64,000 nt of DNA. It comes from an uncultured Anaerolineaceae bacterium. GTDB lineage: Bacteria > Planctomycetota > Phycisphaerae > FEN-1346 > JAACEH01. The translations under genes were made by a program, and so were the position numbers. Under the pieces are notes generated by a model. It was not told the DNA's origin. It worked only from the letters and a program-made list of their open reading frames with translations, and ran no database searches. This document shows, piece by piece, positions 1 through 8,832 of the stretch; within the stretch, counting starts at the first letter, position 1, and each line of letters begins with the position of its first letter. Where the stretch lies: contig CAZCOA010000009.1 in assembly GCA_964500225.1 (NCBI GenBank), positions 195 to 64,194 on the forward strand, written 5' to 3'.

Positions 1-2261
1 CGACCGTCCGACTGACCCTGCGGCTCGGGGGGATGCACTGCGCCGGCTGCGCCGCAACGATCCAGAAGGCCCTGCGCGGCGCAGCAGGCGTCGTCGAGGC
101 CAACGTCAATTTCGCCGCCGCCGAGGCCGAGGTCCGGTTCCGGCCCGGCGAGACCGGCGCCGAGTCACTCGCCGACGTGGTTCGCCAGGCCGGGTATCAA
201 GCGTTTCCCATTGCCGCCGCCGACGCGGCCGAGGCCGCCGCTGCACAGGACCAGGCCGACGCCGAGGCGGCCGCTGCGCGCCGGCGGCTCGTCGTGGCCT
301 GGGCGTTCACGGCGCCCATGGTTCTGCTCATGGCTGCGCACATGCTGCTGGATCTCATGCCGCACGGCCGCGCGATGGTTCTGTACGAGGCGGCCATGAT
401 GATTCTGGCCGTGCCGGTGCTGGCCTGGGCGGGCGGGGCCGCGTGGCGCAGCGCGCTGCGCAGTGCGCGCCGGGCCGCGCCGAATATGGATGTGCTCATC
501 GTTCTGGGGTCGGCGGCGGCATGGTTCACGGGGCCGTTGCACGCGGCAGGCGTGGCCGGCGCGAGTTTTGCCGGCGTGTCGGCGATGATCATGGCGTTTC
601 ATCTGACGGGGCGGCACTTGGAGGCTCGGGCCCGGGGCCGGGCGGGGCAGGCCATCCGCGCCCTGTTGGAACTGGGAGCGCGGACGGCCCGCGTCTTGCG
701 CGACGGACGCGAGGCGGATGTCCCCGTGGCGGACCTGGCCGTGGGCGACCTGATGCTTGTCCGCCCGGGCGAGAAGATACCCACCGACGGCGTCGTGGAG
801 GAGGGCCGCAGCACCGTGGACGAGTCGATGGTCACGGGCGAATCGCGTCCCGTCGCTAAGGCGCCCGGCGATGCGGTGATCGGCGCCACAGTGAACCAGT
901 CGGGTGTCTTGCGCGTCCGCGCGACGAAGGTCGGCGCCGAGACGTTTCTGGCCCAGGTCGTGCACCTCGTGAAGCAGGCCCAGGCCGGCAAAACACCGGC
1001 CCAGGACCTCGCCGACCGCGTGACCCTGTGGTTTGTTCCGGCCGTGCTGGCCCTGAGCGCCGCGACGCTGGTGATTTGGTTGGCCGCTCCGGAGACCGTG
1101 GCCGCCGTGGCCGACCGCGTGCGACCGTACATTCCCTGGATTCCGGCGGTCCGGGAGGTGGGGCGTGTGTCGGCGGCGCTCTATGCCGCCGTGGCCGTTC
1201 TGGTGATCGCGTGCCCGTGCGCGATGGGTCTGGCCACGCCGACGGCGGTGATGGTGGCGACCGGCTGGGGGGCTTCGCGCGGGCTGCTCTTTCGCCATGC
1301 CGCCGCCTTGGAAACGCTTGGTCGCGTGCGGCTGGCGGTCTTCGACAAGACCGGGACGCTGACCGTCGGCCGTCCGGGCGTGACCGACCTGGCGCCGGTG
1401 CCGGGGGTCGGCGACGGCGAGTTACTCGCCGCGGCGGCGGGCGTAGAAGCCTTCAGCGAGCATCCGCTGGCGGCTGCCGTGGTCGAGGCGGCGCGTCGTC
1501 GCGGCGTCGCTCCCCTGGCGGTCCGCGACGTGCAGGCCGTGCCTGGACGGGGCGTGACGGGCCTGGACGATCAGGGGCACATGGTCCGCGTCGGCCGCGC
1601 AGAGCTGACCAGTGAGGCCGGCATCGAGGTGTCCCCCGTGGCGGCTGCGGCGGAAGCGGCTCAGCGCAATGGGCGCACCGTGATGATCGTCTCGCGTGGC
1701 GTGCGGCTGCTGGGGCTGGTCGCCGTGGCCGACGCGCTGAAGCCCGGCGCGGCCGAGGCCGTGGCCGAGCTGCGACGACTCGGCGTCGAGGCCGCCATGA
1801 TCACCGGCGACAACCGACCCACCGCCGAGGCCATCGCCCGGCAGGCCGGCATCGGCCAGGTGACGGCCGAGGTGTTGCCGCACCAGAAGGCCGATGCCAT
1901 CCGGCATCTTCAGCAGACCCGCCGCGGTCCCGTGGCCATGATCGGCGATGGTATCAACGACGCCCCGGCCCTGGCGGCCGCCGACGTGGGCGTCGCCCTC
2001 GGCACCGGCACCGACGTGGCCATCGAGTCGGCCGACGTGACCCTTGTTCGCAGCGACCTGGATGCGCTGGTCGCTGCCGTGCGGCTCTCGCGGGCCGCGT
2101 CGCGCGTGATCCGACAAAACCTCGCATGGGCCTTCGGCTACAACCTGGTCGCCGTGCCCCTGGCCGTTCTCGGGCTGCTACACCCGGTCGTTGCCGAAAT
2201 CGCCATGGCCGTCAGCGGCCTCACCGTCGTCGGCAATTCCCTGCGACTGTGGCGGCGATGA
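1..2261 (+). CDS. copA: Heavy-metal (Cu+-type) translocating P1B-type ATPase, 5' end cut by the window edge
   Basis: The frame of ORF 33..2261 stays open back to base 3, reading [10 protein letters not shown] before MHCAGC, which is the HMA CxxC metal-binding site. Also has the CPC motif ([12 protein letters not shown]), the DKTGT phosphorylation site (FDKTGTLT) and the [10 protein letters not shown] hinge. Confidence 0.9.
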   Translation, partial: TVRLTLRLGGMHCAGCAATIQKALRGAAGVVEANVNFAAAEAEVRFRPGETGAESLADVVRQAGYQAFPIAAADAAEAAAAQDQADAEAAAARRRLVVAWAFTAPMVLLMAAHMLLDLMPHGRAMVLYEAAMMILAVPVLAWAGGAAWRSALRSARRAAPNMDVLIVLGSAAAWFTGPLHAAGVAGASFAGVSAMIMAFHLTGRHLEARARGRAGQAIRALLELGARTARVLRDGREADVPVADLAVGDLMLVRPGEKIPTDGVVEEGRSTVDESMVTGESRPVAKAPGDAVIGATVNQSGVLRVRATKVGAETFLAQVVHLVKQAQAGKTPAQDLADRVTLWFVPAVLALSAATLVIWLAAPETVAAVADRVRPYIPWIPAVREVGRVSAALYAAVAVLVIACPCAMGLATPTAVMVATGWGASRGLLFRHAAALETLGRVRLAVFDKTGTLTVGRPGVTDLAPVPGVGDGELLAAAAGVEAFSEHPLAAAVVEAARRRGVAPLAVRDVQAVPGRGVTGLDDQGHMVRVGRAELTSEAGIEVSPVAAAAEAAQRNGRTVMIVSRGVRLLGLVAVADALKPGAAEAVAELRRLGVEAAMITGDNRPTAEAIARQAGIGQVTAEVLPHQKADAIRHLQQTRRGPVAMIGDGINDAPALAAADVGVALGTGTDVAIESADVTLVRSDLDALVAAVRLSRAASRVIRQNLAWAFGYNLVAVPLAVLGLLHPVVAEIAMAVSGLTVVGNSLRLWRR

Positions 2262-2407
2262 CGACGGGCGGCCGTTCCTTGCGGTCACGGCCCGCAACAA
2301 ACCTTGACGTGCGGCTCGTTCGCGAAGGCGCTTTCGTCGTCGGGGTCGGTTGTGTATAATGCTCCGGCCTTGGACTGATCCGGGGCCTTTTCGTTGCGGG
2401 AGACCGT

Positions 2408-4444
2408 GTGAAGGCGTTCATTCGCGCTCTTGGCTACTGCTGGCCCTATCGCTACCGGATCGTGGCGGCGTGGCTCTGCGCCATCATGGTCAGCGTGCTC
2501 TATTCGTCCAGTATTTCGTCCACGTTGCCGCTATTTCGGCTGTTGTTCGGCCAGACGGGCGTCAGCGTCGATGCCGTGGACGAGACACTTTCCGACGGGT
2601 CCGTCCACAGGGTCCATTCGGTGACGCTTCCCAGCGGCTACACCGTTCGGCTGGTGCCGGCGGGGGAGCCGCTGAGGATCGACCAGGAGGCCCGCGTAGC
2701 CGAGGTGCCCGACGGCTACCGGATCTATCCCGGCGGCCTCCAGCGGTTTGTTCTCCAGGCCGAAGGCAAATGGTATCAGAAGTACATAGCCGCCGTGGTG
2801 GACCGCATGCCCGAGGACCGCGCCCGGGCACTGGCCGTTCTGATGCTGTTCATTGTGGCTCTGACGGCCCTGCGCGGCATCTTCCGTTATCTGAACGAGT
2901 CGCTGGTGTCGTACGTGGCGTGCCGCAGCGTGCTGGACCTGCGGCTCAGGGCCTTCGACAAGGTGCTCCGGCTGCCGCTGGGGTACTTTCAAAAGCGCGG
3001 CGGCGCCAGCGAAGCCTCCAGTCGCCTGATCAACGACGCCTTCGCGGTGCAGGAAGGGCTCCAATCGATCTTCGGCAAGGTGGTGACCGAGCCGCTGAAG
3101 GCGGCGGGGTGTCTGGCGGCGGCGGCGTGGTTCGCCACGCAGATTGATCCGCGCCTGCTGTTGCTGATTTTGGTGATTGGGCCGCTGACGGCCTGGTTGG
3201 TGCGGACGTTTGCCAAACGGATGAAGCGGGCGACGAAGCGGCAACTTCAATCGGCGGCACAGATTCTGGGTATTCTGGAAGAGACCCTGGCGGGGTTGCG
3301 GATCGTCAAGGCGTACTCGATGGAAGGCCGGGAGCGTAAGCGGTTTTTCCGCGAGGGGCGTGTGTTCCTGAAGTACTCGCTCAAGGCATTCCGAACGCAG
3401 GTGGCCACGGGTCCGAGCCTGGAACTGATGGCCACGGTGGGGGTGGCGCTGGCGGTGATCGCCGGGGCGTTTCTGATCGGCGAGCGGATCGGCCAGCGGC
3501 AGGAATACATGATGGCGTTCTTCGCGGCGATGGTCGGCGCGCTGGATCCGCTGCGCAAGATGACGAACATCAACAACCGGATCCAGATGGCGATCAACGG
3601 GGCGGAGCGGATTTTCGAGCTGACCGACGCCGAGCCGGAGGCCCACTCGGGCCGCCAGGGCAAGCATCTGCCGCGTCTGAGTCGTAGCATTTGTTTCGAT
3701 CATGTGTCGTTCGCGTACGATCCGGCGGGCGAGCAGGTGCTGCGCGACATTTCGTTCGAGGTGGCCTGCGGCGAAGTCATTGCCATTGTCGGTCGCACGG
3801 GTTGCGGCAAGAGCACGCTGGTGAACCTGATTCCACGGTTCTACGTGCCGACCGAGGGTCGCATTCTGATCGACGGGTGCGACACGGCCGAGGTGTCGCT
3901 GCGCAGCCTGCGGGACCAGATCGGCGTGGTGAGCCAAGAGACGATTTTGTTCAGCGACACCGTGGCGGCGAATATCGCCTACGGGAGCCGTCCAGCGGTT
4001 CGTGCCCGTGGTCGCAGCGGGCGTGTGACGCGGGAAGAGATCGTCGAGGCGGCGCGACTGGCGCATGCGGCCGAGTTCATCGAACGGATGCCCGGAGGGT
4101 ACGATGCCGAACTGGGCCCTCAAGGGGCGACGGTCTCGGGCGGCCAGAGGCAGCGGATCGCCTTGGCGCGGGCGATCATTCGCGATCCGGCCATTCTGAT
4201 TCTGGACGAGGCCACCAGCGCCCTGGACGAGGAAACCCAGTCGCTTGTGCAGGACACCCTGGAACGGTTCGTCCGCGGCCGCACGGTGTTCATCATTGCG
4301 CACCGGCTGTCCACGGTGGCGTTGGCGCATCGGATTGTGGTTATGGACAGCGGCCGCATCGTGGACATCGGCCGTCACGACGAGTTGATGGCCCGGTGCG
4401 AGTTGTACCGTCGTCTGCGCGATACGGGTTTCGAGGACGCCTGA
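2408..4444 (+). CDS. ABC exporter, fused permease and ATPase (MsbA/lipid-A-exporter-like) with an enlarged first extracytoplasmic loop
   Basis: Six-TM-type N-terminal half. Walker A GRTGCGKST, ABC signature VSGGQRQRIALARA, Walker B ILILDEATSALD, H-loop IIAHRLS. GTG start. Confidence 0.85.
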   Translation: MKAFIRALGYCWPYRYRIVAAWLCAIMVSVLYSSSISSTLPLFRLLFGQTGVSVDAVDETLSDGSVHRVHSVTLPSGYTVRLVPAGEPLRIDQEARVAEVPDGYRIYPGGLQRFVLQAEGKWYQKYIAAVVDRMPEDRARALAVLMLFIVALTALRGIFRYLNESLVSYVACRSVLDLRLRAFDKVLRLPLGYFQKRGGASEASSRLINDAFAVQEGLQSIFGKVVTEPLKAAGCLAAAAWFATQIDPRLLLLILVIGPLTAWLVRTFAKRMKRATKRQLQSAAQILGILEETLAGLRIVKAYSMEGRERKRFFREGRVFLKYSLKAFRTQVATGPSLELMATVGVALAVIAGAFLIGERIGQRQEYMMAFFAAMVGALDPLRKMTNINNRIQMAINGAERIFELTDAEPEAHSGRQGKHLPRLSRSICFDHVSFAYDPAGEQVLRDISFEVACGEVIAIVGRTGCGKSTLVNLIPRFYVPTEGRILIDGCDTAEVSLRSLRDQIGVVSQETILFSDTVAANIAYGSRPAVRARGRSGRVTREEIVEAARLAHAAEFIERMPGGYDAELGPQGATVSGGQRQRIALARAIIRDPAILILDEATSALDEETQSLVQDTLERFVRGRTVFIIAHRLSTVALAHRIVVMDSGRIVDIGRHDELMARCELYRRLRDTGFEDA

Positions 4445-4761
4445 CCGGTGGCGGCGGAGGGCTGGGACGACGTTTTGGGTCGGCCTGGGTCTGGGCCGCC
4501 TGAGGGCATGACGCCTGGGAGGGCGTCCGTGGGCGGCCGGCCGGGAGGGGGCATTTCGGTGGCCAACAAGGCGGTTTCTGTGCAGAAACGAGACGGCAAC
4601 GCCCGATAATCGGGTCGGCGACGACGCTGCGAGCGTGGAGGCGTAGCCGGCGACGTCAGCCGACCGATCTTCTCTGTGTTCTTCTGTGTAGCTGCATGGA
4701 GCCATCAACGGGCCGTTCCCATCGGGGTGCCGGCGTCGGGAAAAGCCTTGTATCAGTAGTG

Positions 4762-4789
4762 TTGACAGGGATATGAGTTCTGCTATACT
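4762..4789 (+). promoter_or_regulatory. Sigma70-like promoter candidate: TTGACA, 16-nt spacer, TATACT
   Basis: TTGACA at 4762-4767 and TATACT at 4784-4789, in the 545-bp intergenic gap upstream of the Wza-like gene. This implies a leader of about 200 nt. Confidence 0.4.
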
Positions 4790-4989
4790 TTTTGGCTGCC
4801 GCATTGCGTGTTGATGCCGGTCGCGGCGTGGTCCGTGGAATCGTCGTTCGGACCCCCGCGGCTGCATGGCGCAGGGGGGGCGGTTTTTGTTGGCGGCTGG
4901 GAGCCGGGGCTCGTTGCGATCCCGATTCTGCGGCTTCAGCCGTTCGGGTGTTGATTTAGACCAGGGCGAACAAGAAGGAGTACCTTGGC

Positions 4990-6666
4990 GTGGTCAAACA
5001 AGCCCGCATTACCCGCCGCATGCCGGCGGCGTTGCTGTTGATGGTTTTGGCGGCCCTGGCGTTGACCGAGGGTTGCGCGCCGAACTGGATCGGCCGGTAC
5101 AACGAACTGGCGTTCTGCACGCCGAAGCGGGTGCGTAACCCGATCTGGGACTCGTTCGACGAGTGGTACGAGGATCTGCGGTACTGGGTTCAGGAAGAAC
5201 TCGAACAGGAAGTGGATTTTCCGGGGCCGCTGCCGAGCGACCTGAAGCCGCCGGAGGGCAACTACATTCTGGGGCCGTTCGACCTTCTGGAGATTACGAT
5301 CAACGACCTGTTCCAGCCTGGGGTGCGTCACCTGGAGCGGGTGCGCATAGCCGAGGACGGGAACATTCAGTTGCCCTATGTAGGTCGTGTGCAGGCGGCG
5401 GGCCTGTCGGCGGCAGGGTTGGAGCAGCGGCTGATGGCGATGTACTCGCCCGATCCGTTGGCGGACCCGAAGATTTCGGTGTTTATCAGCGAGTACCGGA
5501 ACCGTTTCTGCTATTTCATGGGTGCGGTCAATCAGCCCGGGATGTACCCTTTGCTGACGCCGGATATGGAACTGCTTCAGGTGGTGGCGCAGGCTGGCGG
5601 CGTGTCGCCGATGGCCGAACAGTTTGCGTATCTGTCGCGGCGGTTCACGGCGGAAGAGCTGAACCGGCTGCTGCTGGAATCGTATGCCGAGGACGGCGAG
5701 GGCGCGGATAAGGACAAAGAGAAGGGGCAGGGCAAGAAGAATACGGGTTCGGAGGTAGCGCCGGGCGAGGCGGAATCGGAGTCGCCGAAGGCGTCGTCCG
5801 AGGGCGCGGCGGCCTCGAACGGATCGCACAAGCTGACTCCGATGGAGGAGTTGCAACTGCTGACGCAGGGGCGGACGCCTCCGGTGAAGGAGGAGGCGGC
5901 GGCCGGGGAGGCCGAGCCGGCGGCGCCGGCTGAGGCGTTGGTCCCCGAGGCGCCGGCGGCTCCGTCGTCGGGCAACGGCGGCGAGTGGAAATTCGTGGAC
6001 GGCCGGTGGGTCCAGACGGGCGCCGCGGCGGCGCCTGCCGAGGGCGACGCCGGCGCGACGGCGGCAGGGTTCACGCTGCCTGAGGACGGCAAGGTGGATC
6101 TGGCGACGTTGCCGGAGTCGCTCCAGAAGAAGCTGGCGCGGCTGGGCATTGTTCAGGGCGGGGAGGGGTTGCGGCGGATCATCCGGATTGACATTCGCGC
6201 GGCGCTGCAACTGGATCCGACGCAGAATCCCGTGATGCGCAACGGTGACGTGGTGAACTTTCCGGAACCGGCGGCGGGCGAGTGGTACATCAACGGCGAG
6301 GTGGCTCGCCGCGGGGTGTACAGCCTGACGGGTCGGAAGATTACGCTGTTGCAGGCGATTGCGGCGGCGGGCGGTTTGACGGAAGTGGCGATTCCGAAGC
6401 GCGGGGAAGTGGTGCGTCGGGTCGGGGAGAACGAGGAAGAGATCATCTACTTCGACCTGGCGAAGATCGCCAAGGGCGAGTCGCCGGACTTTTTCCTTCA
6501 GCCGGACGATTATATCAACATCGGGACGGACCAGGGAGCGATCTGGATGGCGGTGCTTCGCAACGCGTTCCGGGCGACCTATGGGTTTGGACTGGTGTAC
6601 GACCAGAATTTCGCCGATATCTATCCCTTCAGAGGGGACATACAGCCTCTGTTCGGCCGCAACTGA
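4990..6666 (+). CDS. Outer-membrane polysaccharide export protein (Wza / Poly_export + SLBB family) with a long low-complexity insertion
   Basis: Poly_export signature YILGPFDLLEITINDL...DGNIQLPYVGRVQAAGLSAAGLEQRL. SLBB-like segments (LLQVVAQAGGV; ITLLQAIAAAGGLTE). N-terminal signal sequence ending LTEGC. GAAGGAG Shine-Dalgarno (SD) sequence about 10 nt upstream of the GTG at 4990. Confidence 0.85.
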   Translation: MVKQARITRRMPAALLLMVLAALALTEGCAPNWIGRYNELAFCTPKRVRNPIWDSFDEWYEDLRYWVQEELEQEVDFPGPLPSDLKPPEGNYILGPFDLLEITINDLFQPGVRHLERVRIAEDGNIQLPYVGRVQAAGLSAAGLEQRLMAMYSPDPLADPKISVFISEYRNRFCYFMGAVNQPGMYPLLTPDMELLQVVAQAGGVSPMAEQFAYLSRRFTAEELNRLLLESYAEDGEGADKDKEKGQGKKNTGSEVAPGEAESESPKASSEGAAASNGSHKLTPMEELQLLTQGRTPPVKEEAAAGEAEPAAPAEALVPEAPAAPSSGNGGEWKFVDGRWVQTGAAAAPAEGDAGATAAGFTLPEDGKVDLATLPESLQKKLARLGIVQGGEGLRRIIRIDIRAALQLDPTQNPVMRNGDVVNFPEPAAGEWYINGEVARRGVYSLTGRKITLLQAIAAAGGLTEVAIPKRGEVVRRVGENEEEIIYFDLAKIAKGESPDFFLQPDDYINIGTDQGAIWMAVLRNAFRATYGFGLVYDQNFADIYPFRGDIQPLFGRN

Positions 6667-6762
6667 GACAGTGTGGCTGCATAGCGTTCCGGGAATGCCG
6701 GGGCAGGGAGTCCCCGCGGATGGGCACCAGACCCAGGCCACGGCACGGCCCTTGGCGCGTTC

Positions 6763-8832
6763 ATGTATGCTGACAGTGTCATCCGGCAGCCGGGCCGCCT
6801 ATTCTGCCGTATAATCCCCTGCGGGCCGGGGCATATGGCAAGGTCCGCGGACGTCTGCCGGCGCGATGCGTCGCAGCGGGAGTCCGCGGCCGGCGTGACC
6901 ATTGTTGACTGGGGCAGGGACGATTCGGTGAATCCAGACACTCCTCACGAGGCCTTCCACGATGCCCGCCTGGCCCGCAGACGATGGGATGTCGTCTGTG
7001 CGGCGATCATGATCCTTCCACTGGCGTTGATGGCCTTCCAGGGTGACATAGTACAAGGGGTCGCCGAGCGGTTCGACCGCCAGGGCGCCAGCGCGGCCAT
7101 ACGGAAACTGAGCGTCGAGTTGCGCGGCGTGGAGGAGGAACTCAAGAGCCCGGTGCTGACGACGCGCCGTGCGGCGTACCTTCAGGATCGCAAGAGTGCT
7201 CTGGAGCTGGAGATACGGAATCTGCGGGAACCGATGAAGCAGGCCGCGGCGGCGTGGAATTTCTCGGCGGTGAAGCTGTGGCCGCTGGTTTTGCTCCTTG
7301 GGCCGCTGGTGATGGCGGCGATCTGGTACCGGCTGGATGTGTCCGAGCGTCAGGCGCTCTATGAAGGGGCGTTGTCGGACGGATCTCGCAATCGCGGGCT
7401 GATCGTGGCGCTGGCGGCGATGGGAGTGTTCTGGCTCGGCGGTTGGCGGCACAGTGTGCTGGTGCAGGCGGTGGTGGCGCACCAGGGGGATGCGGTGCCG
7501 TGGCGGCCGGGGCTGTGGATGGAACTGAGCTGGCTGATCCCGGTTTACCTGAGTCTGGTGGTCTGGTCGTGGGGCTTCGTGTATGCCTACGCGGGCCGCG
7601 CGGGCGTGCGTCGGGTGTGGCTGCCGGGGGCGGTGTTCATGGGGCTGATGATCCTGGGCTACGGCACGGAGTCGGGCAGTTGGGTCAGCCTGTGGGACAC
7701 GCATTCGCAGTGGGGTTACGGGTATTTGATCGGTCCGGTTGCGGCGATGCTCTTTTACTTCCTGTTGCTGGAACGGACCGGGCTGGTGGGGAAGTTGTCC
7801 GGGCAAGAAGAGGTCGGGCGGGGACATGAGGCCGGCGTGTTGCTGACGCCGGCGACGACGGAGGCGGTGGATCCGTCGGCCTCGTTTGGGCCTCGTGGCC
7901 TGTTGACGGCCTGGGGCCTGGTGGGTGTGGTGCTCGGGCTTGTGGCGTTGGCGGGGGCGACGCATCCGCTCTGGGTGGATCGGCTGGTGGGCGGCACGGC
8001 GGAAGTGGCCGAACCGATCAAGATGGTGCTGATGTTCTGGTACGTGCCGCTCGTGGCGGGCGGCGCGGCGCTGGCGCTGGGTCTGTGGCTGCGATGGGCG
8101 TCGGCGGATCGCGGGGACGTGGCGGTGCGTCTGGCGGGGTTGGCGCTGGTGATTGCGGCGGCGCTGTGGCGGTGGCACGCCGGGTCGCTGAAGGTGCGGT
8201 ATTTTGCGGACATTACGCTGATTCCTGTGGTTTTGGGGTCGCTGGTGGCATTGGGGGGGGGGCGTCTGGGACGGGTGGGGTGGGCGCCGGTGCTGTTTGT
8301 GGCGTTGGGGGTGCCGTGGCCGGAGCGGTATTATGTGGCGATGGCCTTACGGCCGCAGCGCTGGGCGGCGATCATGGCCGAGCGGTTCATGCATCTGTGT
8401 GGATACGATCTGTGGCGTGAAGGCAACAAGCTCATCATGGACCCGGCGACGGGCGAGGGTCTGACGGTGGCGGATGAGTGCAGCGGCCTGAGGATTCTGT
8501 TCGCATTCGTGGCGTTGAGCGTGGTGTACGCCTATCTGAGTCCTCGTCCGGCGTGGCGTCGGGCGGTGATCGTGTTGTCGTCGGTGCCGATCGCGGTGTT
8601 CTGCAACTTCGTTCGTGTGTCGTTGATGGCGTTGTTGTATAGGTGGGGCTTCAAGGAGATCGCGCACGGGATGACGCACGAACTGGCGGGTTTTGCGATG
8701 TTGCCGCTGGCGTTTCTGTTGTTGTGGGCCGAGATGCGGGCGCTGGACGGGATCGAGCGCATTGCGGACTGGGTGGCGGCGGATCCGAGCCGCAAAGGTC
8801 GCGCGGCGTCGGGCGAGGAGGTCGAGCCATGA
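6763..8832 (+). CDS. Exosortase (EpsH/Xrt family) with a ~370-aa N-terminal polytopic and coiled-coil extension; start codon uncertain
   Basis: The C-terminal third carries the exosortase motifs DECSGLR (catalytic Cys, codon 8479-8481), PIAVFCNFVRVSL (Asn..Arg) and HELAGFAMLPL (His). The stop overlaps the next gene's start (ATGA). Alternative in-frame starts at 6835 (ATG) and 6895/6928 (GTG). Confidence 0.85.
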   Translation: MYADSVIRQPGRLFCRIIPCGPGHMARSADVCRRDASQRESAAGVTIVDWGRDDSVNPDTPHEAFHDARLARRRWDVVCAAIMILPLALMAFQGDIVQGVAERFDRQGASAAIRKLSVELRGVEEELKSPVLTTRRAAYLQDRKSALELEIRNLREPMKQAAAAWNFSAVKLWPLVLLLGPLVMAAIWYRLDVSERQALYEGALSDGSRNRGLIVALAAMGVFWLGGWRHSVLVQAVVAHQGDAVPWRPGLWMELSWLIPVYLSLVVWSWGFVYAYAGRAGVRRVWLPGAVFMGLMILGYGTESGSWVSLWDTHSQWGYGYLIGPVAAMLFYFLLLERTGLVGKLSGQEEVGRGHEAGVLLTPATTEAVDPSASFGPRGLLTAWGLVGVVLGLVALAGATHPLWVDRLVGGTAEVAEPIKMVLMFWYVPLVAGGAALALGLWLRWASADRGDVAVRLAGLALVIAAALWRWHAGSLKVRYFADITLIPVVLGSLVALGGGRLGRVGWAPVLFVALGVPWPERYYVAMALRPQRWAAIMAERFMHLCGYDLWREGNKLIMDPATGEGLTVADECSGLRILFAFVALSVVYAYLSPRPAWRRAVIVLSSVPIAVFCNFVRVSLMALLYRWGFKEIAHGMTHELAGFAMLPLAFLLLWAEMRALDGIERIADWVAADPSRKGRAASGEEVEP
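8253..8262 (+). repeat. G10 homopolymer inside the exosortase coding sequence
   Basis: Direct read: ...gca ttg ggg ggg ggg cgt..., ten consecutive G, about 217 nt upstream of the catalytic Cys codon. Confidence 0.95.

Noticed and set aside
2351-2360. TGTGTATAAT upstream of the ABC exporter gene.
   Set aside because: The -10 hexamer is good. The only TTGAC-like element (2304-2309) is 45 nt away, and the TG is not at the extended -10 position. The evidence is too weak for a feature.
4853-4888. C5...G7 imperfect hairpin followed by CGG-TTTTT in the EPS operon leader, considered as an attenuator or terminator.
   Set aside because: The stem needs a 3-nt bulge and the T-tract is offset from it. 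I could not establish a stable structure by eye, so it is mentioned only under the leader finding.
6810-6815. TATAAT inside the 5' part of the exosortase ORF, which might mark an internal promoter and a later start codon.
   Set aside because: There is no -35 partner at the appropriate spacing. It cannot settle which start codon is used, so the uncertainty is noted in the feature instead.
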